NCBI GenBank assembly: GCA_045640905.1
Contig: JAZUFW010000058.1
Coordinates: 9,881 to 73,880, forward strand
Source: Lachnospiraceae bacterium
GTDB taxonomy: Bacteria; Bacillota; Clostridia; Lachnospirales; Lachnospiraceae
Direction: 5' to 3'
Length of the DNA: 64,000 nucleotides
Shown: piece by piece, positions 56,635-64,000 of the stretch
Position numbering within the stretch: the first letter of the stretch is position 1
Layout: every line of letters begins with the position of its first letter
Notes under the pieces: generated by a model
What the model was told of the DNA's origin: nothing
Databases searched by the model: none
What the model saw: only the letters and a program-made list of their open reading frames with translations
Program-made: the position numbers and the translations under genes

Positions 56635-59367
56635 ATGAAATATATTTTAGATTATTCAAAATACAATGCACTGGCTGTCGAAGCAGTATCCGAAGGCCAG
56701 GTTCTGTTAAAAAATGAAAACAAAGTACTGCCGGTTTCAAAGGGCGCCAAAGTAGCTGTCTTCGGCAGAATTCAGCACCATTACTATAAGTCCGGAACGG
56801 GATCCGGCGGTATGGTAAACGTTAATCGTGTGGTAACGATTACAGATGCTTTGAAGGAAGCATCCAAGTCCGGTGATATTGTTTTTGATGAAGAGCTTGA
56901 AAAAATATACCTTGACTGGGAGCGTGACAATCCGTATTACGAAGGCCTGGGATGGGCGGCGGAACCTGATTCTCAGTTGGAAATGCCTCTTGAAAGCGAT
57001 GTTGTCAACAAGGCAGCTTCAAAGAATGACTATGCCGTAGTAATCATAGGACGTCTGGCCGGTGAAGACAGAGATAATCGTGACGCGGACGGTTCTTATC
57101 GATTGACCGACGGCGAACGGGACATGCTGGCTAAGGTGTGCAATGCGTTTTCAAAAGTAGTAGTGGTTTTGAATGTCGGAAACATAATCGACATGTCTTT
57201 TGTAAACGAATATAAAATCGATGCTCTGCTCTACGCATGGCAGGGAGGAATGTTGGGCGGATACGGAACAGTCGATGTATTGCTCGGGAAGACCAATCCT
57301 TCAGGGAAATTGCCGGATACAATAGCCCGCAGTTTGCAAGATTATCCTTCATACAACAATTTTGGTGATCCCAATGAAGCGGTGTATGCCGAAGATATAT
57401 TTGTCGGATATCGTTATTTTGAAACTTTTGCACCCGAAAAAGTTTTGTATCCATTTGGATACGGTCTTTCGTATACTGCATTTGAAATATCTGCAGGTGA
57501 TGTTCAAAGGAACGACACGACAGTTACGTTGAATGCCGAAGTTAAGAATCTTGGTGACAAGGCAGGAAAGGAAGTCGTTCAGGTATATTGCAAGGCTCCG
57601 AGCGGCAAACTGTCCAAAGCCTTAAAGGTTCTGGTTGCTTACAAGAAGACAGAACTACTGAACCCCGGAGAAAAAGAAACTATTTCTTTTGATATTCCAA
57701 TCCGCAATTTTACTTCATACGACGATGACGGAAGATGCGGTTTGGGTACAGGATTTGTTCTTGAAAAGGGAACTTATGAAATCCTGGTAGGAAATAATGT
57801 AAGAGACTGCAAAAACATAGGAAGTTTTGATATTGAAAAGGATTTGATGGTTGAAGCACTTGTTTCGGCGCTTAAACCTGTAAAACCGTTTGAACGACTT
57901 AATTCAAAAGGTGAATACGAAAAAGCACCTTTACGAGAGGATACTCAAAAGGACAGACGACTTAAAAATCTGCCACAAAGCCTTCCCACATCTGCCGATA
58001 AGGGATATAAGCTTTCCGATGTATGCGAAAATAAAGTATCAATGGAGGATTTCATTTCTCAGCTTTCTTTGGAAGAACTGTGTACAATGATACGCGGTGA
58101 GGGAATGGGATCAATGCTTGTCACACCGGGAACGGCGGCTGCTGTCGGCGGTATTATTCCTTCACTCAAAGAAAAAGGAATACCGATCTGCTGTATGGAT
58201 GACGGCCCTTCGGGAATGAGACTTGACAGTGGAGTTAAGGCATTTTCCATTCCGAACGGAACATTGCTTTCGAGTACTTTTAACCCGGAGCTTAACGAAG
58301 CTTTGTTTGAAATGTTGGGAATTGAAATGTTAAAGAACAAAGTGGATGTATTACTCGGACCGGGTATGAACATACACAGACATCCTTTAAACGGACGTAA
58401 TTTTGAATATTTTAGTGAAGACCCGTATCTGACAGGTACTATCGGAGCTGCTCAGATTAAGGGATTAAAGGTTAACGGCGTTACTGGAACTATAAAGCAT
58501 TTTGCCTGCAATAACCAGGAGACGGGTCGCCAGATAGTGAATCCGGTGGTATCCGAAAAAGCCCTTCGTGAAATATATCTTCGTGGTTTCGAAATAGCCG
58601 TAAAGGCCGGAGCCGATTCGGTAATGACCACGTATTGTCAGATAAACGGCGTATATACAGCCGGAAATTATGATTTGAACACTACGATTTTGAGAAATCA
58701 GTGGGGCTTCAAGGGAATAGTAATGACCGACTGGTGGGCCAATGTTTCCGAAGAAGGTGCCGAAGGCTCCAAAGAGAATTTTGCAGCCATGGTGCGCGCT
58801 CAAAATGATTTGTATATGTGCGTTCCAAAGGCAACTGCCGATGTCGGAGATAATGCTCTTTCCGATGCTCAAAGCGGAGCATTGACAGCAGGTGAACTGC
58901 AACGTTGTGCTGCCAACATTTGTGATTTTCTGACTAAGCAGGCTCTCTATAAACGTTTTCTTGGCGAGGAGATTACCGTTGAAGTAATTAACCAGGAAGA
59001 AGGCTATGATGAAGTGCCTGCGCAGGTTGAATATATACCGGTAAACAGCGGTGATGTAATTGATTTGAGTTATATTGAAGCAACAAAGGGTTCCAAGCAT
59101 TTTATCGGAATATCGCTTCCGAAAATGGGACCTTATGAATTTGAATTGACGGGACGCGGATTGCCCGGAAATGAACTGGCTCAGCTTCCTGCGGTATTGT
59201 ATTTACACAGTTCACCCGTTCTGTCATTGAACTGTAACGGTGACGGTAAATGGATCAGTGCCAAAGGCGAAGGATATGCTCTTTTTAATAATGACATTAT
59301 GAGCATTTTCTTTACATTGGGCGGAGTTGAACTAAAGAGTGTCAAGATTACATATATTGACCGTTAA
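56635..59367 (+). CDS. Glycoside hydrolase family 3 beta-glycosidase with permuted domain order
   Basis: 910 aa. The GH3 C-domain-like region and the YGLSYT/Fn3-like region come first. The catalytic barrel with GFKGIVMTDW lies near residue 700. Confidence 0.85.
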   Translation: MKYILDYSKYNALAVEAVSEGQVLLKNENKVLPVSKGAKVAVFGRIQHHYYKSGTGSGGMVNVNRVVTITDALKEASKSGDIVFDEELEKIYLDWERDNPYYEGLGWAAEPDSQLEMPLESDVVNKAASKNDYAVVIIGRLAGEDRDNRDADGSYRLTDGERDMLAKVCNAFSKVVVVLNVGNIIDMSFVNEYKIDALLYAWQGGMLGGYGTVDVLLGKTNPSGKLPDTIARSLQDYPSYNNFGDPNEAVYAEDIFVGYRYFETFAPEKVLYPFGYGLSYTAFEISAGDVQRNDTTVTLNAEVKNLGDKAGKEVVQVYCKAPSGKLSKALKVLVAYKKTELLNPGEKETISFDIPIRNFTSYDDDGRCGLGTGFVLEKGTYEILVGNNVRDCKNIGSFDIEKDLMVEALVSALKPVKPFERLNSKGEYEKAPLREDTQKDRRLKNLPQSLPTSADKGYKLSDVCENKVSMEDFISQLSLEELCTMIRGEGMGSMLVTPGTAAAVGGIIPSLKEKGIPICCMDDGPSGMRLDSGVKAFSIPNGTLLSSTFNPELNEALFEMLGIEMLKNKVDVLLGPGMNIHRHPLNGRNFEYFSEDPYLTGTIGAAQIKGLKVNGVTGTIKHFACNNQETGRQIVNPVVSEKALREIYLRGFEIAVKAGADSVMTTYCQINGVYTAGNYDLNTTILRNQWGFKGIVMTDWWANVSEEGAEGSKENFAAMVRAQNDLYMCVPKATADVGDNALSDAQSGALTAGELQRCAANICDFLTKQALYKRFLGEEITVEVINQEEGYDEVPAQVEYIPVNSGDVIDLSYIEATKGSKHFIGISLPKMGPYEFELTGRGLPGNELAQLPAVLYLHSSPVLSLNCNGDGKWISAKGEGYALFNNDIMSIFFTLGGVELKSVKITYIDR

Positions 59368-59383
59368 TTTTGGAGGTGCTTTT

Positions 59384-60322
59384 ATGGCAAACGAAACGAT
59401 TCAAAATGCAAATATGAATGCAAAGAAAAAATCAAAAGAATGGCCTGAAAACGAATGCCCGAAGTGGCGCTGGATAGCTGCCGTAGTTGTTGGATTTATC
59501 CTCGGAAGTATTGCAGGCATTATAATCATGTCAATTGTGAGAGTAATAGTCGCAATTGCCGGACTAAACGTAAGCGAAGACATGCTGCAATTTTTGGAAT
59601 TAATGATAACGTTTGCGACTGATTTCTGGATGTTGATTATCTTTATCGGGATTTTCTGCAAAACCAGAATTATGAGCTTTATTCGCGGAAGAGAAGGCCA
59701 TACCGATAAAAAGAAAGTGGCGACAGTGGCGATAATCTTTTTCATTTCTTCGCTTTTTGCAAGCTTTCCGACATGGAAAAATACCGTGCTGAACGAAAAG
59801 GCATCCTTTGCGACTGTCGGTTTGTCAGTGCTGCTTTCGGTAATCTTTTTATGGATGCAGTGCGGCCTTGAGGAACTGTGGTTTAGAGGCGTTATCGGAC
59901 GTATGTTTTTCGGAGACAACCTTAAACAGAAATTTTCGTTTAAAGTATTTTGGTACATAGTTATTTCGTCGGTACTGTTTGCAATTATGCACGGCGCAAA
60001 TCCTGAAGTGCTTAATACGGCCGGAATTGATACGCTATTTTCGATGCTGTCATATTTGATTCCCGGAGTAATGTTTGCCGTTGTAACACTACATTTCGGA
60101 TCGTTGATTCCGAGCATGATTCTTCATACAATAAATAATTTTATGTGTGCCATTTATATCAGCAGTGATGTTTCAGCGTTGACGACCACATCGATTTTCG
60201 TTGATAAGACAACGGAAAATACAGGATTTTATGCTTTCTTGTCAACAGCATTAATTTTCCTGCCTACTGCTGTTTATCTGATTATTGCAAAGAATAAGGA
60301 AAAGAAAAACTCGGAGGCTTAA
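59384..60322 (+). CDS. CPBP family intramembrane glutamic endopeptidase (Abi/CAAX protease-like)
   Basis: EELWFRG, FAIMHGAN and LHTINNF motifs. ATG at 59384 follows GGAGGTG. Confidence 0.8.
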   Translation: MANETIQNANMNAKKKSKEWPENECPKWRWIAAVVVGFILGSIAGIIIMSIVRVIVAIAGLNVSEDMLQFLELMITFATDFWMLIIFIGIFCKTRIMSFIRGREGHTDKKKVATVAIIFFISSLFASFPTWKNTVLNEKASFATVGLSVLLSVIFLWMQCGLEELWFRGVIGRMFFGDNLKQKFSFKVFWYIVISSVLFAIMHGANPEVLNTAGIDTLFSMLSYLIPGVMFAVVTLHFGSLIPSMILHTINNFMCAIYISSDVSALTTTSIFVDKTTENTGFYAFLSTALIFLPTAVYLIIAKNKEKKNSEA

Positions 60323-61381
60323 ATGAAAAATAGTTTATTAAGACGTCTTTTGGTATTGACGGTATCACTGTCAATGGGGGCCGTGATATTAACAGGGTGC
60401 GGTTCTTCTTCGGATTCTGCAAAATATGATGCCATGCCGATGGCGGCAAAGTCAGCTGCTGCAGATAACGGAATGGGTTATTACGATTACTATGAGGAAG
60501 AGTATGCAGCTGAAGAAGCACTCGCGGACGGCGCGGTTAATGAGAGTGTTGAGGTGCAGGATACTTCCCGTAAACTGATAACCACCTACAATCTGACCGT
60601 TGAAACCGAAGCTTTTAATGACTTTAGTGCTTTTTTGGAAAACAAGATTACCGAGTTTGGAGGATATATTCAGAATCTGTCGGAATATAACGGCAGTATA
60701 TCGAATTCGTATGACTCCAGGTATTCATATATGACTGTCAGAATTCCCTCGAATCATGCCAAGGAATTCTTGAATCTTCTGGGATCAAATGCCAACATCA
60801 CCAATCAGGATATGAGTGTTGAGGATGTTACGCTTAACTATGTAGATACTCAGAGTGAAAAAGAGGCATATGTTGTCGAGCAGGAAAGATTGATGGAACT
60901 GCTTGAGGAAGCTGAAACCATGGAAGATATTTTGACCATAGAATCACGTCTTTCAGAAGTTCGTTACAGAATCGATTCGGCAGAATCTCAGCTGAGAACA
61001 TATGACAATCTGATTGATTATACCACCTTCAATATCAGTATTAATGAAGTAAAGACCTATACCGAACCGGAACCTGAAACCTATGGCGAAAGAATGCTGA
61101 GCTCGATTAAGGAGGGATTGGCAGATACGGTTGAAGGACTGGGAGACTTCTTTATCTGGTTTGTGGGTGCCTTGCCCGGACTTATCGTGTTTGCGATAGT
61201 AGTCGGAGTGATAGTTCTTATTGTTATCAGAATAGTAAAGGGCTCAAAAAAGCGCGAAGCTAAAAGACTTATGAAAAAGCAGGCCGAGCAGGCTCAATAT
61301 GCTGCGTTGAGAATTCAACAGGCGAATAATTCACAGTCTTCGCAGAGCACGACTCCCGCACAGGAAAACAGCGAAAAATAA
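60323..61381 (+). CDS. DUF4349-like lipoprotein with C-terminal TM anchor
   Basis: Lipobox LTGCGS, a central coiled region typical of DUF4349, and a C-terminal TM helix plus basic tail. Confidence 0.7.
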   Translation: MKNSLLRRLLVLTVSLSMGAVILTGCGSSSDSAKYDAMPMAAKSAAADNGMGYYDYYEEEYAAEEALADGAVNESVEVQDTSRKLITTYNLTVETEAFNDFSAFLENKITEFGGYIQNLSEYNGSISNSYDSRYSYMTVRIPSNHAKEFLNLLGSNANITNQDMSVEDVTLNYVDTQSEKEAYVVEQERLMELLEEAETMEDILTIESRLSEVRYRIDSAESQLRTYDNLIDYTTFNISINEVKTYTEPEPETYGERMLSSIKEGLADTVEGLGDFFIWFVGALPGLIVFAIVVGVIVLIVIRIVKGSKKREAKRLMKKQAEQAQYAALRIQQANNSQSSQSTTPAQENSEK

Positions 61382-61404
61382 AGATTTTGAATTATGCTTA
61401 GTAC

Positions 61405-61440
61405 TGAGCCCATTCATTTTGAGAATGGGCTCAAATTTTG
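61405..61440 (+). terminator. Rho-independent terminator
   Basis: TGAGCCCATTC-attttga-GAATGGGCTCA followed by AATTTTG. Confidence 0.75.
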
Positions 61441-61458
61441 ATATTGAGGTAGAAAAGT

Positions 61459-64000
61459 ATGAGCAAACTGCTTCTGAATAAAGGTTTTGAATACAAAAAG
61501 CTGGATTATAACGAAGAATTTCTGCAACTTAAAGTTGCCAAGGAAGATGACGGATATGAAGCCGTTTCGCTTCCGCATGATGCAAACATTTCCGAAGTTG
61601 AGGATTTTTATTCGGATTCGGTTATCTGGTATCGTCGATTGCTTCCGGAGATAAAGGATTTGAACGCTAAATATGTCTTGTATTTTGAAGGCGTCTATAT
61701 GGATGCGTCAATATATGTTAATGACACATTTGTCGGGAAATGGGTCAACGGATATACTTCGTTCTGGTTTGATATAACAGATGCCTTGACCGAGGACGAA
61801 AATACTTTATATGTTTCGATTAACTATCGATGTCCCAACTCGAGATGGTATGCCGGGCCAGGAATAAACAGGGATGTGTATCTGTATTGTTTTGAGAATG
61901 AATATATTTTGCCCGATTCTTTATACGTTGCAACGTCAAAGACTTCGGATGAGACGTGGGACATTTTTTTCGAAAGCAAAATAAACATAAAAGTGTCCAA
62001 CATGAAAGTAATTTATGAGATTCCGGAATTGGGTATATCGACTGAAAGCAATTTTGAAAACAGCGATACAAATGAAGCAACCGCAACCGCCAAAGCCCCG
62101 ATTTTATGGGATGTGGACAATCCCAAGGTGTATGAACTCAGGGCAATTCTCATGGACAGTGACAGAAAAGTCGCTGAGACCGTAACACATTTTGGCTTTA
62201 GGACGATTGAAGCAGACACAAACCGCGGATTGTTTTTAAACGGACGAAACATTAAGCTGCGCGGAGTATGCCTTCATTCGGACGGAGGGTGCCTGGGACA
62301 TACGTTTCACAAGGATATGGCCCGCCGTCAGATACAGGCAATGAAAGAAATGGGAGCAAATGCAATACGACTTGCTCACAACGTCTTTGCACCGGGATTT
62401 CTCGAATTGTGCGACGAAATGGGAATGCTGGTTGTTAATGAGATATTCGATTGCTGGCTGTTTTCAAAAACGGAATATGATTATGCCCGTTTCTTTGAAG
62501 ATTGGTTCAAAAAAGATATTAAGTCGTGGGTATGCAGGGATCGTAATCACCCGAGCGTCATTTTCTGGTCGGCCGGAAATGAAATATATGACACGCATGC
62601 CGGAAAAGAAGGAAGAGAAACTCTTAACAGAATTGCCGATGAAATTCGCAAATACGATTACAGAAATCACGGAAGCGTTATTTTGGCTTCCAATTATATG
62701 GCGTGGGAAAATACGCAAATTGCCGTAGATGACATCAAAATGGCCGGCTACAATTACGGTGAAAAATTGTATAGAGATCATCACCGTGATCACCCGGATT
62801 GGTATATTTTCGGCTCCGAAACGGCTTCCTGCGTTCAATCCCGCGGGATATATCATTTCCCGCTAAAAGAAACATTGCTTTCGGATGAAGATGAGCAGTG
62901 TTCGTCTTTGGGAAACAGTTCCACCAGCTGGGGCGCACCGAATCTTGATTATTGTGTGACATTTGAACGCGACTGTGAATTCAGTTTCGGGCAGTTTTTA
63001 TGGGCCGGAATCGACTATTTGGGAGAGCCTACGCCGTATCATACAAAGAATTCGTATTTCGGGATGGCAGATACGGCTGTTTTCCCGAAAGATGCATACT
63101 ATATGTTTCAGTCGGCTTGGACGGACCGAAAGGATAATCCGATGATACATATTTTGCCGTATTGGGATTTTAACCAAGGGCAGAACATTGATGTCAGAAT
63201 TTGTACGAATTATCCTGAGACGGAACTTTTCTTAAATGATGTTTCGTTGGGACGAAAAGGCATCGACCATGAGAGCGGTTCTTCAATGTATGCGGATTAC
63301 AGTATTCCTTATGTAAAAGGAAAACTCAGAGCGGAAGCATATGAAAAGGGATCGGATATCCCCGCTGTATTTGAAGAAATATATACTCCTTCAGAAAACT
63401 ATACGCTAAAAGTGCGTATGACAGATAACCTTAAGTGTGTCGAAGAAAAGGTTGGGGATAACGTAAGCTTTTTGTTCGAAAGTCCCAAGGGAGATGAAAG
63501 ACTTCTCTTTTTTGAGGTGTCTGCTTTTGATGAAAAAGGCGGTGAAGTATCGAATGCCAGAGACAGAATAAAGGTTTCCTGCTCAGGAAACTGTTCTTTA
63601 CTCGGCACGGATAACGGGGACAGCACCGATAGGGAATCTTTCCTTTCGAACGAAAAAAATCTGTTTGCCGGGAAAATGCTCGCGGTTATAAAGACACATG
63701 AGCAGGGCGGAAGATGTGAGGTCGGATTTATGAAGGATACCGAGAACCTCAATATTCGACGAATCGATCTTATGGAAAAGCAAGGTAAATCCCTGATACC
63801 GATAAACAATCATTTAACGCCTGAACATCCTGCGATTGAAATAAAGGCGACAGTATGCCCTGCGGGGGCAAAATATAAAGAAATTCGATATCGGGTTACG
63901 AGTCAAAAAGGGGTGCCTCTGTATACATCTGTGGTAGAGGACATTTCGGAAGACGGATTAAGCTTTAAGTTGAGAGCACTTTCCGATTCGGAATTTCGTT
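61459..64000 (+). CDS. Glycoside hydrolase family 2 (beta-galactosidase/beta-glucuronidase-like), 3'-truncated by the window edge
   Basis: Not in the ORF track because no stop is reached. I translated it by hand from the ATG at 61459 (RBS GAGGT): LYFEGVYMDASIYVNDTFVG, NAIRLAHN, HPSVIFWSAGNE and a FGSE region. The frame stays open to position 64000. Confidence 0.85.
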   Translation, partial: MSKLLLNKGFEYKKLDYNEEFLQLKVAKEDDGYEAVSLPHDANISEVEDFYSDSVIWYRRLLPEIKDLNAKYVLYFEGVYMDASIYVNDTFVGKWVNGYTSFWFDITDALTEDENTLYVSINYRCPNSRWYAGPGINRDVYLYCFENEYILPDSLYVATSKTSDETWDIFFESKINIKVSNMKVIYEIPELGISTESNFENSDTNEATATAKAPILWDVDNPKVYELRAILMDSDRKVAETVTHFGFRTIEADTNRGLFLNGRNIKLRGVCLHSDGGCLGHTFHKDMARRQIQAMKEMGANAIRLAHNVFAPGFLELCDEMGMLVVNEIFDCWLFSKTEYDYARFFEDWFKKDIKSWVCRDRNHPSVIFWSAGNEIYDTHAGKEGRETLNRIADEIRKYDYRNHGSVILASNYMAWENTQIAVDDIKMAGYNYGEKLYRDHHRDHPDWYIFGSETASCVQSRGIYHFPLKETLLSDEDEQCSSLGNSSTSWGAPNLDYCVTFERDCEFSFGQFLWAGIDYLGEPTPYHTKNSYFGMADTAVFPKDAYYMFQSAWTDRKDNPMIHILPYWDFNQGQNIDVRICTNYPETELFLNDVSLGRKGIDHESGSSMYADYSIPYVKGKLRAEAYEKGSDIPAVFEEIYTPSENYTLKVRMTDNLKCVEEKVGDNVSFLFESPKGDERLLFFEVSAFDEKGGEVSNARDRIKVSCSGNCSLLGTDNGDSTDRESFLSNEKNLFAGKMLAVIKTHEQGGRCEVGFMKDTENLNIRRIDLMEKQGKSLIPINNHLTPEHPAIEIKATVCPAGAKYKEIRYRVTSQKGVPLYTSVVEDISEDGLSFKLRALSDSEFR

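Noticed and set aside
59384-61381. The CPBP (Abi) protease plus DUF4349 lipoprotein as a bacteriocin-immunity or abortive-infection pair.
   Set aside because: No bacteriocin precursor, ABC exporter or phage-related genes are adjacent. CPBP proteins are abundant housekeeping-like membrane proteins in Firmicutes, and adjacency alone is insufficient.

Overview
This window looks like ordinary low-GC Firmicutes chromosome, probably a plant-fibre-degrading Clostridia/Lachnospiraceae-type organism (taxonomy is inference). It is densely coding and mostly on the + strand after about 21.9 kb. I found no transposase, integrase, phage genes, CRISPR/cas, rRNA, or recognisable defence or toxin-antitoxin module.

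Recognisable content, in order:
- comEC.
- A three-subunit molybdenum hydroxylase (xanthine dehydrogenase family) with a MocA-like cofactor nucleotidyltransferase.
- holA, a DUF3298 lipoprotein, a YbaK/ProX-type deacylase, folE, a DUF1653 protein, a cN-I-type 5'-nucleotidase, a DAG-kinase-family lipid kinase and glyA.
- Two paralogous MBOAT + membrane-anchored SGNH-like acylation modules. One has a secreted SGNH esterase and the other a stand-alone carrier protein. They are separated by thrH and a PAS-GGDEF cyclase on the opposite strand.
- A sugar-sensing module (membrane-anchored binding protein, LytS/YesM-type kinase, YesN/AraC regulator, XylF-like lipoprotein) followed by a ChvE/GguAB-type ABC transporter.
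- A MATE exporter, a Cys-repeat surface protein, then beta-CASP nuclease, thyA, folA and a GH5 lipoprotein packed tightly together.
- ilvE, iorAB, paaK, an ACT protein, queH, argS, a solitary tRNA-Gly(CCC), azlCD, a DHH-like phosphoesterase and a GH27 alpha-galactosidase.
- A HAD hydrolase, an RNase H-like protein, a divergent MraY-like transferase, a dCMP deaminase, a domain-permuted GH3, a CPBP protease, a DUF4349 lipoprotein and a 3'-truncated GH2.

Items not explained by routine annotation:
1. Twin LexA (Cheo-type) boxes over the promoter of the cN-I 5'-nucleotidase.
2. A near-consensus orphan promoter driving about 350 nt of ORF-free, repeat-containing transcript at 16.15-16.54 kb.
3. A modular 103-bp tandem array joined at a recurring TTCGCAA heptamer (14.13-14.40 kb).
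4. A MITE-like palindromic element present as an 83-bp copy (2.38 kb) and a 164-bp copy carrying a nested insert (14.45 kb).
5. A carrier-protein/MBOAT/SGNH-like trio with no adjacent adenylating enzyme.

I cannot demonstrate a clearly new multi-gene system from sequence alone. All family calls rest on motif recognition from memory, not on database searches.
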